From contig OX597818.1 of the NCBI GenBank assembly GCA_951406725.2, positions 37,820,001-37,884,000 of the forward strand: 64,000 nucleotides of DNA. The letters run 5' to 3'. The notes beneath the pieces are model-generated. The model had not been told where the DNA came from. It made no database searches and was given only the letters and a program-made list of their open reading frames with translations. Below, one piece after another: positions 1-14,335 of this stretch; within the stretch, counting starts at the first letter, position 1, and every line of letters begins with the position of its first letter. Position numbers and translations under genes: made by a program. The DNA is from Octopus vulgaris (Eukaryota).

Positions 1-84
1 GTACCCTTTTGAATGAATTTTATTATTCCACTAGTGTGGAAGGTCTCTCATTGATGTCAGCTACAGTATAGCGATTTCCTGGTT

Positions 85-162
<78 letters not shown>

Positions 163-860
163 TCTCTCCCTCTCTCTCTCTCTCTCTCCCAGCACGATTT
201 TAAGGATTAACTAATTTCGGTCCGTCATTTTAACCATCGCAAAATTTTCGAAAGCTTTTCGTTCATTTAAAAAAAAAAAAAAACCACCTGTTGCTAAACA
301 ATTTTGCAAAAACGGTGACATTACTGTTATTTTGTTTTCTGTTCTATGTTGCAAATGGTTCGAATTGTCTACGAACTAACAACAAACCGTTTCTATAATA
401 TCTACAACGTGTTGAAAGCTCTCGCTAATTTTCTTAAGTTATCTGTTGCTAACGATTTTCTTGCTACCTCCTCGGCTAACTGTTCAGTTTCATGCAACTG
501 GTAAGGAATGTGTCGGAATAATATGAATATCATATTAAACTACTTGTACACAAAACTAATAAATAATCTTGCAAGCTAAGTAAGTTAGTAAGAATGCGGT
601 AGAAGCTGCACTCACCACTCTCTTTATAAGTCGACTAATCTCAAACTCTATTCTCTTTTAGCTCACCTCGACCGCCACCCAACCGGCTCGCACCCGATGA
701 ATAATAGTATGTTAAATATAGACGTGTGTGACATGGCAATGTAATCTAATTATTGAAACAGGTAGACGTCTTAAGGTTGTATTCCTTTTGAGACATGCAT
801 ATACATAGACATTCGGAAACATAGCGAATGAGAGTGTGGCTAGGGTGCAGGGAAATGAAC

Positions 861-897
<37 letters not shown>

Positions 898-979
898 GGA
901 AAGAGAGAGACCACCTAAAACAAAAAAACAACAATAACAAAACAAAACAAAAAACCTTGCATACTTGAACGTACGCACG

Positions 980-1203
980 CAGGTGCGTGCGAGCGCGCGT
1001 ATATGAATGCATATATATGTGTGTGTATGTGTCTGTGTGTGTGTATGTATTTATATGTGTGTGTGTGTGTGTTTGTGTGTGTTTGTGTGTGTATGTGTTT
1101 GTGTGTGTGTGTGTGTGTGTGTATTTGTGTGTGTGTTTGTGCGTGTGTGTACGTATGTATGTATGTATGTTATAAATGCAATGAACGAAAAAAACAATGC
1201 AGG

Positions 1204-1296
<93 letters not shown>

Positions 1297-2074
1297 GTGT
1301 GTGTATTCATGTCCATATGCATATATATATACATGCATATATGTGTGTGTATATCTTTGTGTGTGTATGCATATTTAGACACTCTAACAGTGTGGGAGAC
1401 ATAGCTAAACACACACACACACACAAACAAACAAACAAACACACACACGCACACATATACACACATGAATACATACACACTCACAAACACGCACATGCAC
1501 AAACACACAGGGAGAGGAGAGAAAAGAGACAGAGAGAGAGAGAGAGAGAGAAAAGAGAAAGTTGGAACATCGGTATAGAAGTATTCTATACATACATATA
1601 TTCTTGCATTCTCATAAGCAAGACGAAGAAAATACAGAGACAAAAAAAAGCATCTATAAATACACAAAATATACGCATAGCTTTTGTGCACGTAACAATA
1701 CGTAGACTAATAGCATCCATTATCTCAAACATACTAAAGTACACACACGCATGCAAACATACTTACTTAAATATATATATATATATATATGTATGTATAT
1801 ATATATGTAAACATATATATGTATATATGTATACATTTACATATATATATATATATAAACTATACAAACACAGATAAATACATACACATATATTTGTGGA
1901 TGTATGCGTACATGTGTGTGTGTGTATGTGTGTATGTGTGTGTGTAAACACATAACACAACACCATGTACGCATACAGACACAAACCCACGTACATCACA
2001 CTGAAGTACAATGTACTTTGCTCGTCGCATTTGCATACCTAAAGGTGCACACATGCAACCATACGACAGAGACT

Positions 2075-2159
<85 letters not shown>

Positions 2160-2405
2160 ACACATACACTCATATGCAAACAGATACTTATAGACACACT
2201 TGCATTCACACATATTACTCGCACGTTGTTACTCTTCCAGCAATCACTCATGGACACTTAATAACCAAACAGGATGAATATTTGAGCAGCGAACTTTTCC
2301 TAGCGAACTTTCAAGCCGTACACTTCCTATATTCCACTCCATAAAGTTATTTCTTTATTACCATTGCTACCCACTCCCACCACCAACAACAACAACCACT
2401 ACCAC

Positions 2406-2461
<56 letters not shown>

Positions 2462-2696
2462 CCACATCACCATTACCACTACCTCCATAATTTCGATGTG
2501 TGTGAGTGTGTGTGTGTTATTCAGCTTTTATTTCAAGATACCTTGCCAAAACAGAAAGAGCCGGTTTCTAACCTAAATCCAAAGTTCCGTCATTGGAATT
2601 TCAACAACATCAACAGCGTATCTATGCACGTTTCTACGTATCTGTGTGCAATATCTGTATGCAGCATATATGTACGAATGTATGTATGTACATGTA

Positions 2697-2747
<51 letters not shown>

Positions 2748-2790
2748 GCACGCACACACATACATATACATGCACTACCTTTACACACCA
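980..2790. repeat. Compound microsatellite field (TG, TA, CA, AG, CAT)
   Basis: Direct inspection. Similar fields at 88-190, 8594-8718 (TATG), 11882-11953, 13480-13690, 15935-16400 (TA, GATA), 17613-17724, 23460-23725, 27848-28470 and 34917-35383. Confidence 0.97.
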
Positions 2791-3174
2791 TCACCATGAC
2801 GACCACCACCACTGCCAACATTACCGCTGCCACAAACACCAAAAGAGAAAAAGAGATCTTCTCCGCTTATACCTCACATAACATCCTGTAGTGCTGTCAA
2901 TTATAGTGAAAAGAAACAAAAAAAAAACGAAATTAAAAAAAAAGAATTCAGCTGCCACTCTCTTCAGGCATTCTGCAGAAAAGCGTAGGTGTACATAATC
3001 ATGAAGATTGTACGAATCTTATTAGAATACCTTGGGTGAAAGGTTGTCCATTATTAAATTAGACTGAAACTTGTTAAGGTCAAAACAATGTAAATTGAAA
3101 GACAAATGTAAACCACGTAAGTGAAGGGAGGACAATACTTGTAATTTCACCCAACCATCAAAGCAAAATAAATA

Positions 3175-3339
3175 GGCGTAGGAGTGGCTGTGTGGTAAGT
3201 AGCTTGCTTACGAACCACATGGTTCCGGGTTCAGTCCCACTGCGTGGCACTTTCACCTTCAGCAAGTGTCTTCTACTGTAGCCTCGGGCCGACCAAAGCC
3301 TTGTGAGTGGATGTGGTAGACAGAAACTGAAAGCCCGTC

Positions 3340-3410
<71 letters not shown>

Positions 3411-3605
3411 TTGGCAACCGATGCTGGTGTGCTTACGTCCTCGTAACTTAGCGGTTCGGCAAAAGAGAACCGATAGAATAAGTACTAGGCTTACAAAGAA
3501 TAAGTCCTGGGGTTGATTTGCTCGACTAAAGGCGGTGCTCCAGCATGGCCACAGTCAAATGACTGAAACAAGTAAAAGAGTAAAAGAGTAAAAGAGTAAA
3601 AGAGA
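3175..3605 (+). mobile_element. SINE family A (tRNA-like head, CORE-like box, internal (TA)n(TG)n, (TAAAAGAG)n tail)
   Basis: A box TGGCTGTGTGG and B box GGTTCAGTCC. Other copies at 4780-5145(-), 6713-7350(+), 9257-9690(-), 12370-12570(+), 21035-21445(+), 34620-34810(-), 35405-35870(-), 54420-54780(-), 60683-60920(+) and 62990-63330. Confidence 0.9.
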
Positions 3606-3793
3606 TATATACAAAACCCATAACGCGGCACCGTGGTTACGTAACTTCTACAGTTGTTCTGGCCAACCAATACTTTGTGAGTGAACTTTGTAGACGGAAA
3701 CTGTGCGGAAGTCCGTTGTGTGGGTGTAACGGACTTCCGCACAGTTTCCGTCTACAAAATTATATATATAATTCCTCAAATCATCCTCACAGT

Positions 3794-4350
3794 CACGGCA
3801 GGATTAAGATCCATAGATGCCCTAAGTCAGTGGTTCCCAACCTGTGGTCCGCAATGGTAGTACTGGGAGTCCGTGAACATATTAAGCTGACAGTCTTTTC
3901 AATACCCTGGGGTCCGGGGCAAAAGTCATATAAATAAAAAGGGTCCTTGGTAGTGAAAAGGTTGGGAACCATTGCCCTAAGCACTTAAAAGACTTGGGGG
4001 CCAACATATACATATATAACTCAAAATATAAATTATAAGCCATAAAATAAATTTTTATTTTTCAAAAGGAAACAGAACTAACTGCAAGATGGAAAATAAT
4101 GTTTATTTTTGTTAATATTTGAGGTTTTCTCCTACTTTTTTTAATTGCAAAGTCTTTAATCAGACCCGCACTAATGACATCATGAACACTTCGGAAATAT
4201 ATTTCCGACCGTATAAACCAATTCAAATATTATTTTAGCAAGTTTTAAATGATTTTTTTGTGCCATAAACCATTTACCATTTCTGTGACGCCCTCTTCCC
4301 TTGATGCCCTTACCACGTGCTTATATTCTTTAATGGTTAACCCAGTGCTA
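3794..4350. mobile_element. hAT-like MITE with nested second hAT MITE (3828-3974)
   Basis: Outer element has degenerate TIRs and 8-bp TSD ctcacagt/ttcacagt. Inner element has TIR CAGTGGTTCCCAACCT/AGGTTGGGAACCATTG and 8-bp TSD ccctaagt/ccctaagc. Confidence 0.8.
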
Positions 4351-5574
4351 TTCACAGTCTTTAAATAATGAAGGACATATTGGACAATGTAGTCATAAAC
4401 ATCCCCTAAAACGATGGAATGGACATGGCCGGAATGCCTTTGGTGAAGGCTTTCACATGGCCGGAATACCTTTGGTGAAGGCTTTCACAGGTCTGTTCAA
4501 TTAAGTTAACCAGAAAATTTCAAGAAATTTCCACTTAATTTTCATGCTTCAGCTTTGTTAGTCCTCAACACTGAAGTACTTTTTTTTTTCAAACCTGCTC
4601 GATCAGTGAGCAACAATTTTTTACTAGTGGGATAAATTTTCCTACTTTGGTTTGTCAAATTGAATGACGTTAACATTAAATTAGTTGCATATCGTACTTC
4701 ATAGCTGATAAAAGTTGTTTATTTTCTAATGCTATATGTCATATTTATTACTTAAAACAGGTTAGCATTTATATTTTTTATTTTCTACTTGTTTCGGTCA
4801 TTGAACTGCTGACATCCTGGGGCAACGCATTGAAGGGTTTAGTAGAACAAATGAACCGCAGGACTTATTTTTGAATTCGGTACTTATTCTATCGGTCTCT
4901 TTGCAGAACCGCTTATGTTACAGGGATGTAAGAAGATCAACACCAATTGTCAAGTGATGGTAAGGGACAATTTCAACACAAACACAAACACACACACACA
5001 TAGATACGACGAGTTTCCTCACAATTTCCTTATGATAAATTCGTTCACAAGACATTAGACATGCCCAAGATACTGCGCAGGGGGACTGAACCTGAAACTA
5101 CTGGATATAAAGCGAGCTTTTCAACCACACGACTATGCCTCTGCCTAGTTAACTGTTGATTTAAGAAATATAAACATTGCATAGGATCTCATTCATATGA
5201 ATGTCCCTGAATTAAATAGTCCCTGAATTGTTCCTGAATTAAATAGAAAAAGATTTACTAACTATTTTGGCAAGATAAATTTGCATAATACAAGATAGGA
5301 GCGGCGAAAAACAATTTAAGTGAGCTAATGATATGAATTCAGACAATTCAGGTAAATCGGGAATTAAATTCAAGTAAGTGTTTTTGTGATATTTATATGC
5401 ATAAAATCAATTTATTATCAACGTTGAAGTTTATCCCCAAAGTAATGTGAAATGGGCATAATTATTTTATTAACTGGCATAGGTCGTTTCAAATTGCACA
5501 TGTTAGTGGAGTAACTTTTCCTTCATATTAGCTCTCTTTCTTGTTCCTCTTCATCGCAGGCAAATTGGGTTCCA

Positions 5575-6440
5575 AGCAGAAGCAACGTGCCGTCATTGAG
5601 TTCATAATGAAGGAACGATGCAAAGTGTCCGATATCCAGAAGGCTACAAATTGTTTATGGAGATGATACCATTGACAAGAGCAATGTGCACAGATGGACG
5701 TAGTTCTACACAGTGGAAGACTATCAACTGCAACCACTAGCATCAATCACCAGCAAATGAACGAGTTGTTTCACGCTGACAGATAAGTCACAGTTGAGCT
5801 GTCTGCACAAGACTGTAGTTACAAACCATTCCCGATAACGACGGAAGACTGGGTATCGGCAACTCGGCAGTTAACACTCGATTTGAAGGAAAGAAAAGTG
5901 AAAAACTGTACTGTTCTGCTGGAAGCATTTGAAGCCAATGAAGACAAGTACTTTCTTCTGATCTGGTGTTTGAATGAAACGTAGGTGTACTTTTATAATC
6001 AGGAAACGAAGGTTTAGACCATGGAATGGTATCACACTTTTTCTCCAAGGCCTAAGAAGTTCAAGAGCCAGCAATCAGCTTAGAATGTCAGACTAATTGA
6101 TTTGAGAAATACCAAAGGCGTCGTTCTCATTGAATTTGAGGAACGTGGTTGTACTTTGAACAACGAGAGGTACAGTGAGACACATAAAAAGCTAAGAGAA
6201 GTCATTGAGAGGAAGAGACGGAATAAGTATTCTGAAAACAATTCATATTTATCAATGACGATGCGTGACTACACACATTTTTGACAATTCACGCAATCAG
6301 CAAATTGAGCATTACAGTGGTTCTTCTGGCACAAATACCGTCCAGATATGGTGTCTTCTGACTTCATATTTCCAGAAGTATAAACAGAGGTGTTAAAAGG
6401 CTCAAAGATGAGGAATCGGGTAATAACAGTGGTGAAACTT
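5575..6440 (+). pseudogene. Degenerate mariner transposase
   Basis: Translated fragments KQRAVIEF, VYGDDTIDKS, MEWYH..SPRPKKFKSQQSA and KGVVLIEF..RG.TLN.ERY, plus HDNARPH-like and YSPDLAPSDF-like remnants. Many stops and frameshifts. Confidence 0.88.
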
Positions 6441-6885
6441 TACAAAAGTTTTGCGCATTTATATTGCTCCGCTTATTTACTGTGTTTGTAAAGTACGTTT
6501 TAAGTGGTCTTAGCTTTTACATTTTGTTACTTAAATATTTGCCAACATAATCAGGTTATAAACATGTATTTATAAATAGAGTAGAGATGATGCAGGTTTC
6601 AAACTAATTACCCTTGAATATTCTACTTCTTGCTGATTTTAGAAACATGTTCGTATCTTCTTTTTATTTTCGGTCCCAAATAACTATATCAAGCCTGTTA
6701 TGTTTGCATATAGACGTAGGAGTGGCTGTGTGGTGAGTAGCTTGCTTACCAGCCACATGGTTCCGGGTTCAGTCCTACTGCGTGGCACCTTGGGCAAGTG
6801 TCTTCTACTATAGCCTCCGGCCGACCAAAGCCTTGTAACCTTGTAAGTGGATTTGGTAGACGGAAACTGAAAGAAGCCCGTCATC

Positions 6886-6938
<53 letters not shown>

Positions 6939-7399
6939 GGGGGGGAGTTCACGAAAAAAACAAAAGACGAAGACAGGTGGTGTAGAAAACAAACAGATGT
7001 ATTAGTATAACGCTCAGGAATTGAAAAGGTCTTTATATGTATTCTCATGCATATAGTTGCATATCAAGACATGCTCATATGTACTTCAATGATAAATATA
7101 TATATATGTGCGTGTGTGTGTGTGTGTATGTGTGTGTGTGCGCGCGCGCGCGCGTCTATGTTTTTCACCCCAACATCGCTTGACAACCGATGCTGGTGTG
7201 TTTACGTTCCCGTAACTTAGCGGTTCGGCAAAAGGAAACTGACAGAATAAGTACTAGGCTTACAAAGAATAAGTCCTGGGGTCGATTTGCTCGACTAACG
7301 GTGGTGCTCCAGCATGGCCACTGTCAAATGACTGAAACAAGTAGAAGAATATAGTAAAAAATTTTGATCTTTGCGATCTATATACGAAAGTATTTAGCA

Positions 7400-9191
7400 G
7401 CAGATGTGTTTGTTTGCATTAATCCCTGGCCAGGCATTGTATATCGTTTCAGCAACTACATTTTGTTGCAGTTGAAGGTAGCACCTTGATGACATTTTGG
7501 AAAAGTCACTGATTATATGCATAATGTCCTGCACAGATGAGTAACATAATCCACACTTACTGTTGTTTTGTGGGAGTTTAAGGGCCTCAGTGTCTATTTT
7601 GATCATTAGAAATATCCTGCAGTTGAATTTTAAAAGCATAGTCGGCAAAATACGATAGGCTAGCAGTCAAGAGTCAGAGAGTGGTTATAATTCATGTTAA
7701 TATTATCATCTTCCTCTAAGGCGGCGCGCCGGCAGAATCGTTAGCAAGCCGGGCGAAATGCCTTGTGGTATTTCGTCCGCCGCTGCGTTCTGAGTTCAAA
7801 TTCCGCCGAGGTCGACTTTGCCTTTCATCCTTTCGGGGTCGATAAATTAAGTACCAGTTACACACTGGGGTCGATATAATCGACTTAATCCCTTTGTCTG
7901 TCCTTGTTTGTCCCCTCTGTGTTTAGCCCCTTGTGGACAATAAAGAAATAAGAATCGTTAGCATGTAGAACGAAATGCTTAGCGTCATTTCGTCCGTCTC
8001 CACCTTCTGAATTCAAATTCCGGCGAGGTCGACTTTGCTTTTCATCCATTCGGGTTCCATAAAATAAATACCAGCTGAGTACTGGGGTCGATGCAATCGA
8101 CTTACCTCTACCCGAACTTACTGGCCTTAGGTCAAAATTTGAAATTAATACTATTTTCCTTCCCTAAGTCGGCAAGCTGACACGCTGCGCAAAATGCTTA
8201 GGAGCATTTCGTCCGTCTTCATGTCCTGAGTTCTAATTCCTCCGAGTTCGACTTTGCCTTTCACCCTTTTGGGGTTGATAAATTATCAGTTGAGAATTGG
8301 GATCGATGTAACCAACTTACCCCTCCTCCTAATCTGCTGGCTTTGTGCCAAAATTTAAAACCAATATTGTCATTTTCCTCAGATTTACGGCTAACATGAC
8401 CAACCATTTGCTAGTATGTAAAGTGTTTCGGTTTCTAGTCTGCTGAAATATTCTAATTTTGCGCAACTGAGAGGTCACCAGGAAATGAATGTTTCTTGGG
8501 GCATTCACTAGCGACCCGCAGAATGTCATTCACTTCACTTTGAGTTTTTGGTTAATGTATTTATTTTTCCTGCCATTATATTTGTGAGCCAGCATGTATG
8601 TATGTATGTATGTATGTATGTATGTATGTATGTATGTATGTATGTATGTATGTATGTATGTATGCATGCATGCATGCATGCATGTATGTATGTATGTATG
8701 TATGTATGTATGTATGTATTATGTCATTATTCTGTCTATTTCAAGATTTCTTTTAAGTGCATCAGGTATTTGTTTGATATTTCCTGTTCCCGGATTGCAA
8801 GCGCATATCCTTCAAAGTGGGAGGTAGTAATCCGGTTGTTGGTCCAGGGTAGACTGCTTTGATGATCAATGTTACTATCATCTAGGAGCTTTCTACTAAC
8901 ATATCCATGCATGGTCTTCTGTTCATATACGCTCATCCTTGGGGTGTAAATTTTCTTTATTCGGCTGTAATATTCTTTTCTTACAGGTGCTATTCTAAGA
9001 TATGTTTTCATCCGCCCCTATAACATTTCTCATCAGATATAGGGGAAACAGTTAAGTCATTCATGGAGATGTTGCTAGTCTGATTTACAGTTTTCCCCCT
9101 TTCACAACCATATAACATTTATCCAACCTTGTATACCTTAAGAATGTTGTAACCAGGTCAAGGCACCTTTTCATCTCATGCATATGCTTTG

Positions 9192-9225
<34 letters not shown>

Positions 9226-9460
9226 TGTATGTATGTATGTATGTATGTATGTATGTACTCTTTTACTTGTTTCAGTCATTTGACTGCGGCCATGCTGGAG
9301 CACAGCCTTTTAGTCGAGCAAATCGACCTCAGGACTTATTCTTTGTAAGCCTAGTACTTACTCTATCGGTGTCTTTTGCCGAACCGCTAAGTTACGAGGA
9401 CGTAAGCACACCAGCATCGGTTGTCAAGCGATGTTGGGGGGGGGACAAACAGAGACGCTC

Positions 9461-9544
<84 letters not shown>

Positions 9545-10330
9545 CCACATATATACGACAAGCTTAAGGCTTTGGTCGGCCCGAGGCTATAATAGAAGAC
9601 ACTTGCCCAAGGTGCCACGCAGTGGGACTGAACCCGGAACCATGTGGTTGGTAAGCAAGCTATTTACCACAAAGCTACTCCTGCGCCTATGTATGTATGT
9701 ATTGTGCACTTATTTTGCAAAAAAACTCAAAAGCTGTTCGCACTGTTATTAAGCCTCATCTTTTCTCTTTCCTTCTGAGAGAGAACCTGTTGACATCACT
9801 GTTTCTGAGGAAGTTTGAAGTTGGTGTCAAGAGCTTGCAGATTTTAATGCCAATGGAGCAGATTTTCTCTACAGGCCAATTAAGTACCCCAAATGTTGGT
9901 ATCAATTAAGATGCATTAAGGCGGCAAGCTGGCAGAAACGTTAGCACGTCGGGCGAAATGCGTAGCCGTATTTCGTCTACCGTTACGTTGTGAGTTCGAA
10001 TTCCGCCGAGGTCGATTTTGCCTTTCATCCTTCGGGGTCAATAAATTACGCATTGGGGTCGCATTGGGGTCGATGTAATCGACTTAATACCTATGTCTGT
10101 CCTTGTTTGTCCCGTTTATGTTTAGCCCCTTGTGGGTAATAAAGAAATAGATACTAAGATGCATTGTGGGATATTATGTTGTAAGATGAAAACTCTAACT
10201 GCCATATCCTTTTTAATCTTGCTTGATATTCTTTGGTTGCCCTCTCTTTGTTCACAGCACCTTTACATGATATATTTCACCAATGCTTAAATATTCGTTG
10301 TGCTCAGTGTGGCAGAGAGAAGATAGTCAA
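7400..10330 (-). mobile_element. Fragmented R4-clade (RLE) non-LTR retrotransposon interrupted by SINEs and microsatellites
   Basis: Collinear minus-strand pieces: YEYL-type motif (about 10290), PTFGVLNW...NSDVNR (9750-9900), EGYALAIREQEI (8740-9010), and the CCHC region KCGLC...HIIS (7400-7600). Confidence 0.8.
7719..8365 (+). mobile_element. Three-unit array of SINE family B
   Basis: Same family. Other loci: 9918-10150 (+, TSD taagatgcatt), 23150-23340(-), 41435-41640(+), 42420-42645(-), 43300-43930(+), 57880-58240(+), 59455-59620(-). Confidence 0.88.
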
Positions 10331-10520
10331 TTGATGCAAAAAATTTGGAAAGCACATTTTCCGTTATCAGTTGTTAATTTGTTTCTATCAAATTCCAAAC
10401 TCTATATCAACAGAAAACGTGACTAAATTCAGCTATTTGCAGCATTGTAGATATTTCATGTATAAAACTATAGATTATCCACAGAGAAATTCTGGATTAT
10501 ATTACGTACGCGTGTGTGTA

Positions 10521-10912
10521 TCTCTCTGCATATAAAGCTGAATTTGTCTGTGTATGGCAGATTTGGTAGCCTTCAACTAACACTATCTCCTCCGAGACCC
10601 TGCGGTGCAAGTTGACCAAAATTGAGAGTATGATAGAAGAAGGCTTGCTCTTTCTTCCGTATAAGATACAATTCAAATCGGACCATGTTAACACCAAAAA
10701 TTAATAACATCAACAAAGTGCTTTTTTTCTATTAAAATCCCTATTTTTTACGATTTTTTGACTGCTGTGTCGCCATTTTTCAGTGTATTTCAACCAGAAA
10801 AATGTTCACTTAAAGAGAATAACAAGCTACATAATGCAAAATTTTTACTTTTCAAAAATTCCAATTCTAAAGGGTCGAAACAAACCCGAGCAACGCCGGG
10901 TGATACTGCTAA
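10521..10912 (+). mobile_element. Non-autonomous Helitron-like element
   Basis: A|TC start, 3' hairpin CCCGAGCAACGCCGGG, CTAA|T end, no TSD. Second copy at 61257-61651 (-). Confidence 0.8.
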
Positions 10913-11745
10913 TATATAATATATTCAACCAATTCCATCTCAACTGTGCCCAAATAATATACACATAAGAGAACTAGAGAATATCCGAACTAGAAAAACG
11001 TAACAAAATCTATCATATCAAAAAGGTTAATAAATTTTAGTCCCAGATACAGTCAGAAGAAAAAAATATAAAAGCCAAATTAAACTGACTTAATCGTTAG
11101 AACAGACTTCATTACGTCAAAATATATTTGCCTGTTAATCATAATTCTTCCTTCGATATTTATAGCTATACATTCGCTCTCTTTACACATTTCTCTTGTT
11201 TATTTTGAATTTTAGTTGTATTTGTTTTGTTGTTTTTTTTCTCTTTTTGTGCTTTTTTTCTACTCACATCTTCTGTTCACATTCTTCTTTCTTCTTTTCT
11301 TCCCTTCTTCCTTTCAGGGCTGCTTGCTCGCTTTCTGACTTTCGTTATTTCTCACACTATTTACTTAACATTTTGCATTTGTGCTAAAGAAACTTATGCA
11401 CTTGTGCTAATGTCTGTGTCAACTTGTCTGTGTATATACATGTATACTACACACACTCATACACATACATATATATCTGTGTATATACAACTAAACTACA
11501 CATACATACACATACATATGTGTGTGTGTGTGTGTTTAATTGACAAGGAAAGATCCGGAGAAATAGTCACAAGGGTAGCCAAATGTCACATAAGCACTAT
11601 AAGATATTAGTAACCACACATACCGTCTTAACGGTATTTTAAAATTACTAGTGTTCTCTACCTTTTGTTTTTCATATATTATATATTATAATTTCTTACA
11701 TCTGAAAAAAATGACTTATTATTGAACACTGTTATTTATACTCTC

Positions 11746-11827
11746 CTGCCTGATGAAATTGATACATTATTCCACATTATTTCTTCTCCCGGATTAATTT
11801 TAATGTATCCATTGAAACATATGGCAG
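11746..11827 (+). ncRNA. Hammerhead-like motif with long stem II, probably inactive
   Basis: CTGC-CTGATGA-AATTGATACATTA...TAATGTATCCATT-GAAA-CATATG-GCAG; lacks a canonical UH site. Confidence 0.45.
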
Positions 11828-11878
11828 CGGTATAAATGATTAAAATAACACTGTGTGCGTTTGTTTCTATTTTCCATT

Positions 11879-11957
<79 letters not shown>

Positions 11958-13518
11958 ATGTATTTCTAACTTTGCTCTAAAGCAACTTTAGATTTATAAA
12001 TTCTTGAAAGAACATAGAAGAATCGTGGTTTTAACCCAGCATCAGTTTGACGGTGTGACACGGAATAAATGTCAATGTAACAATGTCAGACAGTTTATAT
12101 ATCAAGGAGGGCAAAACCCTGAATCTGAGAGAACTGGTGACGGTCTGCTAGAGCAACACTTGTGAATGTAAACCCAGGAGAATGTTTTCTCTTTTACTCA
12201 ACAAGGAAGGTTAGGTTTAGTAGCCCTGACCCTTCACAGAACCCGCCAGACAGGTGGGAGGAGGGATAGAGAAAGGTATCGTTACACTGGATGCCTGACT
12301 TCGTCACACCGAAAGCTTGCATCGGAGTTGACACCACTGAAACACTCAATGTGCCATGTACTGATATAAAGGAGGGTGTGTGTATTTGTTCCCCACCACT
12401 GCTTGACAACTGGTGTTGGTGTGTTTTCGTCCGCATAACTTAACGGTTCGGCAAAAGATAAAATAAGTACCAAGCTTAAAAAGTAACTAAGTACTGGGGT
12501 CAACTAAAAATTCTTCAAGGCGGTGCCCCAGCATGGCCGCAGTCTAATGACTAAAACAACTAAAAGATAAAAGCCTTATCATTATTCAGTCTCATTTTTA
12601 TAGCATACCTTCGCTGCATTATCAAATGCCTTGGGTGTACGCAGTGCCTAGTGGTGCTATTTGCTGTATGTTGTCACAAATGGAGTCTGGAGGGGAACGG
12701 AAAACTTATCCAAAAGCAAAAAAAAAAAAAAAAAGACGTAGACACAAAAGTATTAAATGATATCGAGAGCCCCTACTCTACGGAGAGATCAATGGTTGTG
12801 CGGAACACCTATGAAATTCAGATTGATCTAGTGAATAACCTGAGGGAAGACATAAAGAACGATGTTCTGAGTGAGGAGGAGGAGAAAACTAGAACAGAAT
12901 TCAAAAGCCACTCAGGTCACTGACTATAGATCTATGACGTGTTTATGAAGATAGACTATAAATGTTTATAGACATTTATAGTCTATCATGAGCTGAAAGA
13001 AGTACGCTCGGAGTATACGAGATGTTTCTGACTTTCTTCAACACAGATTAGACTCGGGAACGCTTTTAGATGTACCAATTTCTAACACTAGGTGTAAAAG
13101 GTGGGCAGAATTCTGGGAAGAACTTCCCAGAGAAACTTGGCCAAAAGGAATACATACTGCCCAGAGGGTGAGTCTTGACAAAAATCAAGGCGGTTGTGAG
13201 GTTCTTTTCTTTTAACGGAGAGGGCCTGACGGGTAGTTAAGGACACCCACTTTATTTTCAAGGCCCTGGACCAATGTAGTGGCTGACATCCACCTCGCCA
13301 CTCCTGATAGACTCTGACTTCGGAATACTCTGATCCACCCTAATTCAAGTGGATGTTATTTGTGGTTTGTGTGCATGCGCGCGTACGTGTGTACATGTAT
13401 GTATGTGTGCGTATGTATGTGTGTATGTATTTATCTGCGCATTTTATTTTAATATTTTTCTTTTAATATATTCTACTACACATATACATACACACATACA
13501 CACACATATACACACACA

Positions 13519-13570
<52 letters not shown>

Positions 13571-13596
13571 AATATATATATACACACATACATACG

Positions 13597-13673
<77 letters not shown>

Positions 13674-13949
13674 ATATATAATATAAATTAGAGAAAAAAA
13701 CACTATTATGCAATTCAAACAATGATAGACATAAACCAAACATAAAGAAAAAATATATATATATTTACTTATTATATATTGATTATTCAATTTTATACTT
13801 TTTGTGATCTAGTTTCATGTTTTATAAAAATATATTTTATTTTTTTATTTATGATTTGGTTTATGTCTCTCATTAATTTGCATTTTACATATTTATATTG
13901 TGAAATTTGATTTAATACTAAATTGAATATGGAGTTATACTCCCCAATA

Positions 13950-14335
<386 letters not shown>

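Noticed and set aside
200-720. Unique sequence with donor-like motifs at the window start
   Set aside because: No ORF or partner splice site can be established within the window.
712-2891. Many ORFs rich in CV/YI/HT dipeptides or poly-His (also at 13-17, 21-24, 27-28 and 34-35 kb)
   Set aside because: They are translations of TG, TA, CA, CAT and ATT microsatellites that simply lack stops.
12651-13340. Charged 90-aa ORF and GC-richer neighbour
   Set aside because: No splice structure or recognisable domain; possibly a LINE ORF1 remnant, but I cannot support a call.
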